Below are positions 21,910 to 34,129 of a stretch of DNA of 64,000 bases, piece by piece. The notes beneath the pieces are model-generated. The model saw only the letters and a list, made by a program, of their open reading frames with translations, searched no databases and was not told where the DNA came from. Position 1 is the first letter of the stretch. Every line of letters starts with the position of its first letter. The stretch is from Azolla caroliniana. Its lineage: Eukaryota; Plantae; Polypodiophyta. Location of the stretch: positions 15,128,001 through 15,192,000 of the forward strand of contig JBHGNT010000011.1 of the NCBI GenBank assembly GCA_043228905.1, in the 5' to 3' direction. Position numbers and translations under genes: made by a program.

Positions 21910-23084
21910 GTGAGAGTCGTTTGGATCTGAAAGAATCAGAAATGGAAATGAAGAGCATCGAGGTCCTACAGGAAGCAAGAAATAATAATCAGCAGTAATT
22001 TACTCATTCGAACAATAAATAAATGCCATGAAGTGCATGCATATTGGGAATTTCATGAAATCAAGAGGCGTTTTAAAGAGCTTTGGGAATGTCATGAAAT
22101 CAATCAACCAGCTTGTTTTTTTGTATGGAATTGCTAGTAACACTTTGGGCAGTTGGAAAGAGTAGCAGAGCTATACACTATTGATTTTATTGATGCATTG
22201 ATTTTACTAATGTAAAAGAAAGACCTTATATATCTCGTACTCCGTCAAAATGTCTTTGTTTTACTATGTATTATTCAATGTGTACAAGTTACCGTAGTAT
22301 ATATACACAGAGGGATTCTGATTTTAACGTAGCTATATATATTTAGAGAGAGAGACATTATTAACCTTCCAAGCCAGATATTAGCCTTTGGGAACCTGAA
22401 TGGAATTTGTGTCGGTGTGGGCCTCAATGTTCAAGAGTGTGCAAATTGGGGCTCACAGAGATGTGTGTAAGATAGATTAACGTTGAAAATGTGGAGAGAT
22501 GCCATGGGAGATGAGACCATTGCTGAGGTTGGTTTATCATCTCAGGCACATGTTTCATGTTCTTTACTGATATGAAAATGGAAGGGAATCAATGGAAAGT
22601 AGATGCTAGTGTTTGATCTTTTTTTTGCAAAGATTACAGCAAAGATTATCAAAGCATGCAAAGCTAGAATTCCTTTTCAAATTGCATTCTAGTGCAACCT
22701 AAATAATTAGGTCCATGAACTCCAATTCTCATGTAGCCAAAGTTGATCAATTAGAGTTAATTAGGTTCATGAACTCCAATTATTGCATAATGTGGTTCGA
22801 GCAATTGGATTTATAATGTCATTAAAACTCTGGTGTATCTATGTCCACTTCAATAATTCCCATAGAGAATTGAATGAATCATTGGTACAACAAGAAAAGG
22901 AAACATGAACTCAGGAATGCTATGTAGTTAGAGCTTTTTGGACATGAATCATTTAAGGGAGTCAAAAAGTTTGAAAAACACAGATCAATTAACCAGACCA
23001 ACCATCCAAAACATATTAAGATTATTCATATCTGTATATAGAATCAGATCACATGCCATCATAGTGTTTCAGAAGTGAGCATTG

Positions 23085-23295
23085 CCGAAGCACCGAGGTG
23101 AAGGGTGGATTCCGTGTGTATGATATAATCAGCTAAGATCCGCCACCCAATCCTTGGGTTGCTTGGGGATTCCTTCCATATCCTGAATCTTGGCTTTTGA
23201 AATGATCATCAATGGTATCAGAGAGCTCTCCACCACCACCTGTCCAGCGTGATTTGTCTTGCCCAGACAAGAGTTCTTATCACAAATATCTGCAT
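23085..23295 (-). pseudogene. Ubiquitin pseudogene, single frameshifted unit
   Basis: Fragments MQIFV, GKT/ITL, VESS/DTID, KAKIQDMEGIP, LADYII and ESTLHL/VLR appear in order across several frames. The PDQQRLIFAG segment is missing. Confidence 0.88.
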
Positions 23296-23494
23296 CCCAC
23301 CCAAGCAAACGAAGCGCGAGCTGAAAATGAATGAGAATGAATGAATGAGGAAAGGGGCGTCAGAGAAGCATCGATCGATCTATCGATGATGAAAAAAGAA
23401 GCTCAAATAAACTTTGCAATTTTTTTGAAACGTTTATGCGGGTAATAATCATCATAATTCTTATCTTCATAAATTCGATAAGGAAATCATGCTT

Positions 23495-23700
23495 TATCTC
23501 GGATTACGGATAGATACGTACATATACATATGTACATATATGGATAAGTGTACGCGGAATATTCTAGACACATGGAGATATCTCGGATACGGATAGGATA
23601 GGATAGATACGTATACGTATATGGATAAGTATACGCGGAATATTCTAGACACATGGCGAACGATCCGATGGAATGACACGCCCAAGAAACGTGTATACAC
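23495..23700. repeat. Short duplicated block with GGATA(C)-type subrepeats, possibly a DNA-transposon subterminal remnant
   Basis: ATATGGATAAGT.TACGCGGAATATTCTAGACACATGG occurs twice about 82 bp apart, among CGGATA/GATACG motifs. Confidence 0.55.
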
Positions 23701-23849
23701 ACTCGACTTGTAAAATAAACATCAAACAATGATCGCATACATTTTCTTGAGAATAAATTCCGGCAATTGGCGTTGCATTGGTTTGTACATCATGGACAAT
23801 AAATGCTGGCGATTGGCAACCACTAGTGACATCTTAAGTACATATCGGC

Positions 23850-24066
23850 AGAGAGAGAGATAGAGAGAGCCCAGATGGATGTAGCTCAGTTGGTAAGGTT
23901 GCCCAATTCAGATCAGGTGGGTTCAACCCCTACATATCACACCGGTATCTAGTGAAATAAGAGATATCCATGGAATGAGAGAGAGGTGAGATATTTGGTT
24001 TGTAGCTAAATACTATAAATGACTTATCATTAGGGTAAGCTGATGACGAGAGAAAGAGAGAGAGAT
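23850..24066 (+). mobile_element. tRNA-derived SINE-like composite element, copy 2
   Basis: (GA)n-GCCCAGATGGATGTAGCTCAGTTGGTAAGGTTGCCCAAT...GGGTTCAACCCCTACAT...ATCTAGTGAAATAAGAGATAT, then an antisense second module (TAGGGTAAGCTGATGACG) and a GA-rich end. Confidence 0.7.
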
Positions 24067-24405
24067 TATTTTCGATTTCTTGAGGTATTGTGGGCCATGG
24101 TTTAGTTGGATATATGTTGGATGCCTTCACTTTTGATTTGCAAGTTGGGGTGAGAAAATATGTTGTGAACTTAAAATGACTTCTTTTGTGGCAATTGATA
24201 TTGCTAGAGAAACCGTGGTCTTTTACCCATGAAGAGAGAGGACTCTGCAACGTCACATTATATCATCATATTTGACATTTGAATTGGTGTGCAGGGTGGG
24301 ATGAGTTCGTAGTAGTAGTTGTTGTTAGATCCTTGGAAGGGTTCTATACTTCGTTGTAAGTTAGTCATGGCGATGTTTTTTTCTTTGGTAATGAAAGGCA
24401 TTATT

Positions 24406-24407
<2 letters not shown>

Positions 24408-24461
<54 letters not shown>
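24408..24461. repeat. (GA)n microsatellite
   Basis: Perfect dinucleotide run. Confidence 0.9.
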
Positions 24462-24465
<4 letters not shown>

Positions 24466-25017
24466 GCATAAGTATCTTGAGAAGCCGACAACAATGACAT
24501 AACGTTACTCACATGCGCCTGCCTTGCTTTGGTTTCTATACTAGTTGCACATATTAGGGATCGAATAAACACTAATGGTGTGTGATCGATAAGTAGGTTT
24601 CTCACCCACGATTATGTTTTTCTAATTTGTGATGATGTACTATTTTGGTTGTATATAATACGCAAGATGACGTGAAGCATGTTCAACATGTGCCTTTACT
24701 ATCTGCATTATTCTGATAGGACGACTGCCTTAAAGTACCAAGGCACGGGACACAGAAGACGACATGGACATGCATATTGAAATTGGGGGAGATAGGGAAT
24801 GAACGGGGTCAGTGTGGCTCTAGAATCAACAAAATACCTTTGCCAAAGTTGAGACTTTCCACATAAAACAATACACCATGTGTGGATCTCTCATATTCTG
24901 AAAGGCATGTGGTGCAACAATGCTCATCTAGTGGGCAACCCAAACCAACCAATACACCTCCCCCCTTTGCCTCCATATACATAGTAGATTGCACGCTAAC
25001 TAAACAAAGAAACGTGT

Positions 25018-25055
<38 letters not shown>

Positions 25056-25560
25056 CTATCTTACACGCAAGAAGAAGAAGAAGAAGAAGAAGAAGAACGT
25101 GTTTCTTGACTCTTGCCCGAGTGATCGTCTCGACCGTAATAAACCAACCATCCAACATTTTTCGATTATTGCTGCCCATATTACAAAAGAAAAGCGGACA
25201 AAGTTCTTGTTTTTTTTGGGGGGGAGGGTCTTCTGGTTTGAGCACGAGGTGATTCTCATGTTAGTGTTGTTTCCTTGGGGACGTGTGTGTCGGTGAGTGT
25301 TTCATGGGTTCCTCGGTTGGGCGGGGTGGGTGGGCGGCCACTCGTATTTTTTCTCGGCTGGTCGCCTGGAAATTGAAGGAAAACTGAGGAGGGAATGGGC
25401 AGGGCATGAATCATCATCTTCATCATCAGTCTTTTTGGTGGCATGGCAGGGCAGGGCATGAATCATCATCATCATCATCATCATCAGTCTTTTTGGTGAC
25501 ATGGCAGGCTCGGTTGCAGGGCAGGGCAGGGTATGATCATTGATGAATCATGATGATGGA

Positions 25561-25626
25561 TTAGGGTTGGGGTTAGGGTTAGGGTTGGGGTTAGGGTTAG
25601 GGTTAGGGTTGGGGTTAGGATTGGGG
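25561..25626 (+). repeat. (TTAGGG/TTGGGG)n telomere-like hexamer array
   Basis: 11 consecutive hexamers: 6 TTAGGG, 4 TTGGGG and 1 TTAGGA. Confidence 0.85.
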
Positions 25627-26851
25627 GTGAGGTGAGGTGAGAGACCCATCTGCATCCCCATCCCCATCTCCATCCATCGATCTCTTCTCTCTGCAACCTG
25701 CAGAACCCAGAACGCCAACAGTCGCTCAGTCAGTCTGCTCTCTTTCTCTCTCCCTAACTGCCCTGTCCCCCCCCTTCCCTGCTCTGTAACTCTTCATGTC
25801 TCCACTCATGGCTCTGCTCCTTCCTTGCCAAGATCATCATCACTCCTCCTCTTCTTCTCTTCTTCTTCTTCTTCCTCTTCTTCTTCTTCTTCTTCACTCA
25901 CACCCACACCCACATCCATATACACAGAAACAGAGCATCAGTGCACAGCTCATTCTTTCTGCTGGGCTGGATCCATCTGGCAACAGCAGCATCATCCTCA
26001 CCCTTCCGCGCAGCTCTTCTATCCTCAATCTGCTTGGTATGAGCTCAAAAATCACTACTGCACACATTCATCTGTTTCTATTTCTTGCACCGGTTGCATT
26101 GCTGTGTGTGATAGGAGCGAGCGAGTGAAAGAAAAATGGATGCTTTCTCTCTCTCTCTCTTATTGAACTGATCAGAACATGTGGAATATGATGACGCTGT
26201 AATCTGCTACGAATGAAATGTAGTGAGCTTTTTCCACCCCATTGATTACATGGCTCTTTCATATGTTGAGGAGGTCATGCTAGAACGTGTTGGTATGTTT
26301 AATCATAGAAGTTGTTGTAGAGAAATGAAATACTACAGTTCTATTCTTTTTTCATATATCTCCATGCCTATCAGTCATATGGAGGCCCATGATGTGCATT
26401 GCGTCCAGCTCTAGTGATTTTTTCATGATTGGTTTTTTTGTACGTATGAAGTGAATGCTTGCATATGTGAATATATAATCCGAATGTTGTTGCCGAGAAT
26501 TACATGTTAGGGTTTCATCTTTGTTTTGTCTGTTTCTATCCACCGTTTATTTGTGGGATTGTCTCCGGTTGGTGGCTTGTTTTCATTGGAGAGTACACAA
26601 TTCTTTTGGCATATGGAGATGATGCTATAATGTGTATGTGGAGACAGACATATTGTTGCAGAGAATAAAAAGTTTGTTTGTTTAATCTGTATCCATGCCC
26701 ACCGATGAGTTTAAGGATGTGGATATCTTTTATTGGTTTCCTTGGAAGTCGGTGACATTATGTACAGGAGCCAGCGATTATTCATCAAGATATTGTGATC
26801 CCCTGGAAATTAAACTTGGTTTCTTTTTTATGCATTAGGGGCTGCGTGGAG

Positions 26852-29800
26852 ATGGCGGGGTCAAGGGAACATTATCAGAATTTGGACACTTCAATGCCAA
26901 CCCATTCAGAGTTAGATACTGAAAATGAGGGTTTGGGGAAGGAGTATGTATCCACCCTGAGGAGGTTTAGCTCAAGGGAATATGTCGACATGTGTGAAGG
27001 GGGTAAAGAGGTGAATGCCTCCCATTCTATGCTACACTCTGGCATCAAGCAGGAGATTGATGCGGATGGAACTCCAAATAGTACCAGGAAGGAGCATAGT
27101 ATTGCGGATGGATTTACGAAGAAAATTTCAGCATGTTCTCTGCCATCCATTTCGGAGCTAAATAGTTGTGCCAACACTATGGATTTCCTCAATGGGTCCG
27201 ACAATGATGATAGCAGCGACACCGATTTACCTGCAGTTGAACCATTACTGGATAATGTTTCCCTTCATGCATTTTCTCGATTGAAGTCACGATTTCAAGA
27301 TCCTCCATCTCTAACACCAGCTGTGATGAATCAGTTAACATACTGTAGCTCTTTTGTGCGGAGACGGGCATCCGCGAACACCTCGCCAGAATTTCCTGTA
27401 AATATGGTTTCATCCAAAGATGAGCCTCCTCAAGAAGTCTCGGCGGAGACACACTCTGGTCCTGCTTATAGCTTGTCAAAATCGAACTCGAATCGCACTG
27501 AACAAGAGGAACAAGATCCATTCATTGCGGATTATGTACCAGAAGATAAAAAAGACAAAGAAAACAAATGGCTTATCAGTGTTCAATGGTGCAGCCTTTT
27601 TGTACTCATGGCATTCTTAATCAGCAGTGTTGAGATTCCAATCCTTGAAAAAGTTTTGTTTCTTGGCCTCAATCTGTGGCGTTGGCAGGCTCTTGCCCTT
27701 GTCATTCTTTGTGGTCACCTTATCTCTGGATGGATCATGAAGGTCATTTTTTTCCTCACTTTTCTATAATCCTTTTGCAATTTGTTAAATTATTGACTTG
27801 TTATCGACATGTATTTGCAAAACTAATGTTCATAATGTGTCAACTTTCACATGACATTAGGATGCCATATAGATTTAGTTATGTTCCCAATATGACACAT
27901 ATTCTGACAGTTTTTATGATTTTAGTTGTTTGTGTCATTGATCGAGAAGCACTATATCCTCAAGAAGAAAGTTCTATATTTCGTATATGGCCTCCGAAAT
28001 TGTGTGAAGAATAGCATCTGGCTAGCATTAGTTGTTGGAGTATGGGGGGTAATATTCCAGGGGCATGAAGATACTACAGCAGTCAGCATTGTCTCTAAGG
28101 TACAATTAATTATTGTTTAAGGTGCGAAGTTCCTTTAGCAATCCTGAGAATTAAGATCTTTTGATAATTTTGCAGTGTTAGTTATTTGTTTTCTTTTGAA
28201 AACTTTCTCTTGATGGATTTTGCAGGTATTGTGGTGTCTTTTTACAGCATCAATCTCATGGATGCTTAAGATTCTTGTGGTGAAAGTCGCTGCCAGCAAT
28301 TTCCATCGGACTGCATACTTCGAGAAAATCCAAGAGTGTCTTTTCAATCAGTATTTACTTGAGAAACTATCAGGGCCACCAACCATGGCAAACTTTGATA
28401 TGGAGAATGGCCGTAAGAACAGTTCTGTCAGCTCTAAACTCAGGAAGCACCATGGAGGTATAGGTGGCTCTCTAAGGAATGAGGAAATTCATCCACAGAA
28501 GGAGCTTCTAAAGACACAATCTGAGAGCCAATTGCATCCTGTCTCCTCTCTTGAATCTTCCTCAAGTTTTGCATGGAAAAGAACATTGAACTCTAAGATA
28601 ACATCATATTGGCACAAAGGTTGTCGGAAATTTGGCAGCGATCGATCACATCATAGTGTTATTGAGATGGATGGTACACCGCCAATGTCAAATGCACCAA
28701 AGCAGGATGATATACAATTTGTTCCCCAAATCCCAAATTTAGGAAAAAGTGCAAAAACACTTCAACATGAGAAGCTGCAAGGGTTAACATCAGAGGTATC
28801 TTTGTTTTTTTTTCTTTAACTTTCATTTCATTTTTTGCTTTTTTCTTGTGAATTAATGTAATAAATGATTTTTGTCTGGATTAGAATGCTGCCATTTTCA
28901 TTTACACTGTCGAGAAAGTTTAAATCCCTTTTCATTAAGGTGCCTTGCTGAACTATATTCAACTGTAGAATTATTGTTAGGTACTCCTCGGAAAGAAATA
29001 GAGAACTTACTATCTTTTGTACACCAGTAGTTTTAGACATGAAGTCTAAATGGGTTGTACGGTTACAAGAATCAAGGGGATCTCTCTATGTGGGTTAAGG
29101 TAATCACACTTGACACTGCTGTGTTTCTCTTACCTATGATAGCACCCAAAAACAGTTTTAACTAAATTAAGTCGCTTGAAAGCTCATATACAATCTTAAT
29201 TAATTAGCTTTTATCCTATTCCATAGGTATTCAAAAAAGTGATTTAGTACTACAATGTCACCAATTTGTAAGCTCAGAATAGTCTGGTCTCATAAAAATA
29301 TATTATAATAGACCAAAATGCCGGCTGTTTTGTGGAAGCCACATATCCAGACATCTAAACATGTGTTCAAAACACCACAGATTATATAAAAGTTTCTTGG
29401 AAATAGTTTGAATTGTCACAAATGACATACATTAGAAAGACCTTGACCTGTAGATAAAATAATTGTCTCACAGATGATGTTGTGAGATTCCATACTGAAG
29501 AAATGACATCATCAATGCCATTCCAAGATTTGTGAATTATTCCTAAATGGCTTTAGACTATGTATGTGTGTAATTTCTTTGTTTTGTTTTTGTAGACAGT
29601 ATCAGTGTTTACGCTCAAGAGATTAATGAAGATAGTTCGTAACACAAATTTGAGGACATATTCCTCATTGCTGTCCCACGAGAAAGAGCAGACCTTCATC
29701 AACAGTGAAGCTCAAGCAAAAGCTGTTGCTAGACAGGTAAAGAGCCGTTAAAATTTGTGTTGAAGGAAATTATCAGTGTGAGAATGTTTTATAAAATGCT

Positions 29801-31639
29801 TGTTAATGTAACTCTCATTTTGTGTTCTCTAGATATATCACAATATGGTAAGACCTGGGCAGAAATATATTACAATCACAAACTTTCTATATTTCCTGGA
29901 TAAAGACCAAGCGTTCAAGGCATTTGGTATATTTGAAGCCACTGAGACAGGTGAAATTACGAAGCATGCCTTTGCCAGGTGGGTTGTGAATGCATATAAG
30001 GAGCGGAGAGCCCTTGGTTTGACTTTGAATGACAACAAAACAATTATTGAAAAGCTGCATACAGTTTTAAATGGGGTAAGTTCTATGTTGATTTATGAAC
30101 ATGCTGCATGTCTCTTGATGACTCTTTATATTGGTTTGCAATCGTTAGTTTGTGGATTCTTCCCATACTTACTGGGATACATTTTCCTTGTCTAATCTGG
30201 AAAGATGATAAGAATATAACAGTGTAAGTATGTGCTATACGAAAAAGAGGTGAGGACAGATCATTGCTCCTCATTGTTTTAGGTATTAAAGATTTTTGTG
30301 CAACTATTAAGCACAGTTGGTGCTGGTTAAGAAATTCAGAAAGTCGTTCTTTTTATGTTCCATGAACCAGGTTCTGGCCGTGATCCTAGTTGCTGCTTTT
30401 GTTTTGATTTTCGGAGTTGATACCTCGAAAGTTCTTCTGTTCGTTTCATCAATAATTTTACCATCTGTTTTTATGTTTGGTAATGCTGCGAAGGTTTTAT
30501 TTGAGTCTTTGATTTTCCTCTTTGTGACACACCCCTTTGATGTTGGGGATCGAATATCTGTGGATAGCCAAGCAATGCTAGTTGAGGTAATGATGACCTT
30601 GTGTGTTGATTTAAGCATATAAATGAACTTATGTTGATTATAAAAGCTAATATGACCTTTTGATCAGGAGATGAACATTTTGCACACTATCCTTCTCAGG
30701 TTAGATTTAATATTATCCTTCCAATCTGCTTAAGAGTAGAAAAAACTCTTGTTTGAATTAAATTCTTTTTGCTTCTATTACTGCAGTACAAGCAATGAAA
30801 AGATATACTATCCGAATTTTCTACTTGCTGGTAAACCTATTGCAAACTTTTATCGAAGCCCTGATCAATGGGATGCAATTGACTTCCAAATTCACATGAA
30901 TACGCCACTTGAGAAACTAACCATGTTGAAAGAAAGACTCCAGAAATATATTGAGGGGCTACCACAAATTTGGTATCCTGACTTCCGAATGGCTTGTAAA
31001 GATATAGAAGACTCCACTAAAATGAAGATGGGTATATGGCCGAGGCATCGGTTAAACTTCCAGGTAAATTTCTCTTATCCTCTTACCAACCTACATTTTC
31101 ATAATTTAATAAACCATTCCCTATATTAGTACTCGTACGTCCCTGTTTTAGTACTACTTTTTGATTTACTGTTTTCCAGTAAAACAGATCATAGCCGATC
31201 TCAGATCTATTGGTGCTTCCCGTTATTTTTGATAATTTATGTTCAGATTTGTCGGATCTAACTGTTGCTTCCTTCTTCTAACACTTATTCAGATTTGTCA
31301 GTGCTAAACCAAAACCAAAAGGCGCTCTATTATTTAGTCTTATTCATCAGTTTTCACAGTCATTTCTTTCTTCTTTCTTTTATTGCTGTTTGATGAAAAC
31401 AGACTATTCTTATTCAGGTTTGTCAGAGTTGAACTGTTTTGTTACTTTTATCAATGTTTTGATTCTTATTCATTTCAACCCAACAGGAAGGAGGGGAGAG
31501 GCTTCAGCGACGAAGTGCCTTGTTGCTCTATTTGAAACAGCAGCTGGAAGAGTTAGATATTAGTTATCATCTTCCTTCGCAACAAATCACCGTCACTGGT
31601 GTTCCAGCGACACGACTTGCATCATTGTGTGACATTTAA
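26852..31639 (+). CDS. MSL: MscS-like mechanosensitive ion channel (MSL4-10 group), about 898 aa; join(26852..27742,27926..28099,28226..28795,29596..29736,29833..30075,30371..30586,30668..30699,30787..31063,31487..31639)
   Basis: Motifs KKVLYFVYGLR, ASNFHRTAYFEKIQECLFNQYLLEKLSGPP, VSVFTLKRLM, FMFGNAAKVLFESLIFLFVTHPFDVGDR, EEMNIL and EKIYYPN...KPIANFYRSP. All introns are GT-AG with consistent phase. Confidence 0.93.
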
Positions 31640-33209
31640 CTTCAGATATAAGTATATAATGCAAAATTGTTCCCACAAGCTTCTATATATCTATATATCT
31701 TCATAACATCTCTCTTGAAAACCAACCATTGTGGCACCCTCTATATAACATTTCTTACATCCCCCACATGCTTGTTGTAGCATCAAGATATTAAAATGCT
31801 AATAACAATAATGAATACTATGATGATGATTATTATTATATAATCCTTTCTTTGACGGCATTTCTATCTGGGTTTAAATATGATTGCTATTCATGGTAAA
31901 TGCAGACATATACTGTTGTTCAGTCGGATTAAAAAGCCTCATATTGTTTTAATGGAAGGAATGTAGTTTAAAATTTTCACATGGCTCAACAACTCAAATT
32001 TTCTAGGAGATTAAGTTCAAGGTGGTACGATTGATATGGAGTTCAGCTTAGGAACGATTTATATTCATTAGATAACATTCACATATTGAGCACTTGGCTT
32101 TACAATGCCTCACAATTGATGACGATGCTACAACTTTTATGGCATGTGAGCTTATAAAAGGGACAAACTACCCTCTCTTTGTATGGCATCTTGAGATGAT
32201 CTTGAGACCCTATTGGTAAGGCAAAGCTCTCTTTTTTCGAATCTATTCATCTCTACCTTCCGAGTTATAACATATGGTAATGTTTAGTATGAGACACTGA
32301 TGGTATTTTATGTTCATCTCTTGTCCTTTGATCAGGATGGTCGATGTGGTTAAGCAACCCAACCCTTCTTTTTGTAATCTTCACATTCATTGCTTATCAT
32401 TAGAATTTTGATTTTTAATAATGGTGCTGGTGTCTTGGCATTGCCAAAGGTAAGATGACATCACAGTATGGATGGCAAGGAACGGTCTTCAACGTTGGGA
32501 TAATCCACATCCTAATTAATATGTGATCATCCAATGATAACTACGACTCTTCCCATGTACTCCAAAAATCTGATAGCCTCCTCCATATTGCCCATCACTT
32601 GTGTTTTTATCTTCAACCAATATGAATGTTTTGGTAAGAACAATAAAGTTCTGTGATCTGTTGTTGGTTCTCATTTCTTCTCATCAAATGCAATTTACCG
32701 ACAATCATAAACTTATTGACTATAGTAATGATGAATAGCTCTTGTCAATAGCCCTCTATCTCAGCATTCAAAGGTTTTTATTGTAAAACATTCTCTTTGA
32801 AGGTTAATTTTTTAATATCATAATTGCAAATCACACTAAAGTTTCTGATAGTTTTGTAACAAATTGAATCCATTTCCATTATGGTTGGAGTTTTTATTAA
32901 TTTATAATTATATAATTACCTCAACGTATGGAGGTGTATGTATTTCAGCATATAAATAATTATACTAAACTTGGGATTGTTCTTTAACATGCCAACGAAC
33001 ATAACCATACAACCCCATATTCCAAAATGAAGGCTTTATTACGTTTTTTCTATATGATTACATTGCAATTAAGTTTAGCCTCAATGGATCTGTGGATGAT
33101 GTTGTGTTATGTAGGGGTTACTACATTCCAAAAGTTGGGTGGGTCACTAGCAACATTTATGATCCAATTAGACATATAGAATCCAAGTTTCACCAAACCA
33201 AATAGACAT

Positions 33210-33285
33210 ATGTAGCTTGGTAAGGTTGTCCCTAGAGACGAGAAGGTGTGTTTAAGCCCTCTGCATTTCAGATAATCATCTCATA
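33210..33285 (+). mobile_element. Degenerate third copy of the SINE-like tRNA head
   Basis: ATGTAGCTTGGTAAGGTTGTCCCTAGAGAC...GGTGTGTTTAAGCCCTCTGCATTTCA aligns with the heads at 5674-5742 and 23877-23940. Confidence 0.45.
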
Positions 33286-34129
33286 AATAGGCAGGAATTA
33301 TGACCCTTGTGTAGGAATTCACAAAGATATACCTCGCGTGGCAAAATCTCTCTCTGCCAATTTCATTTCAAATTTGATTTGTATCCAAATGCTCAAGAGG
33401 TTGGATCCAATGATGATGAGAGAGAGGGATAGAGACTCAAAGCATTAGATGAACATGAAAGTTGTGGTGTTGGGGGAGGAAGGTGTCGTTGGATGAGGTC
33501 TAGGTGTAGGGCGATGCCGTGGCGGGTCACTAGCATCTAAACGCATACAAATGGCGCGATGGCGCGATTGCAACCGTTGAATTTGGTCGTGCAACTTGGT
33601 GGCATGCTCAGCCGCGGCACATGTGCGCCCATGCCAAGACGGGTTCGCCACGTGAACCTGCCTTTTAAGCCCTTGTCCCATGCCTGGCTTGGTGGTACTG
33701 ATCTTAAGTCGCCCATGATTGTCGTCCCCCGCCACGTGTATGACCGTCCTACCCCCAGCCTCATCCACGTGTCTTGTTGGCGTCCATACCCTTTGATGAT
33801 CTCGGCCAAGTCTCGGACTCCAATTGGTTTCGTCCTCAAGAATCGGGTGACACGGTACCCGATGGCGGTTGGCAGATGGTGACGGCCCTCGTACTGGGAT
33901 CGGGTTTGGTCTGCCGAGTGACGAATGTTCGCACCATTTTAACGCTTGTCGGGCTTTGTTTAGAAGTTGCGCTACGTTGTCGGAGACTTCCCACACAGAC
34001 ACCAAGGCATTGTAGGAGCTCATTGACTTCTGCCAAAAAAAAAAACAATTTGCATCATCATGATCAGACAAAGACATCAGCTGCATTGCACAATATGAAC
34101 CTTTCGCAGTCGATATCTTACTCATATTA

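Noticed and set aside
25796-26166. ORFs upstream of MSL as extra coding exons
   Set aside because: Low-complexity CTT/CAC repeats. More likely a 5' UTR exon ending near TG|GTATGA at about 26036.
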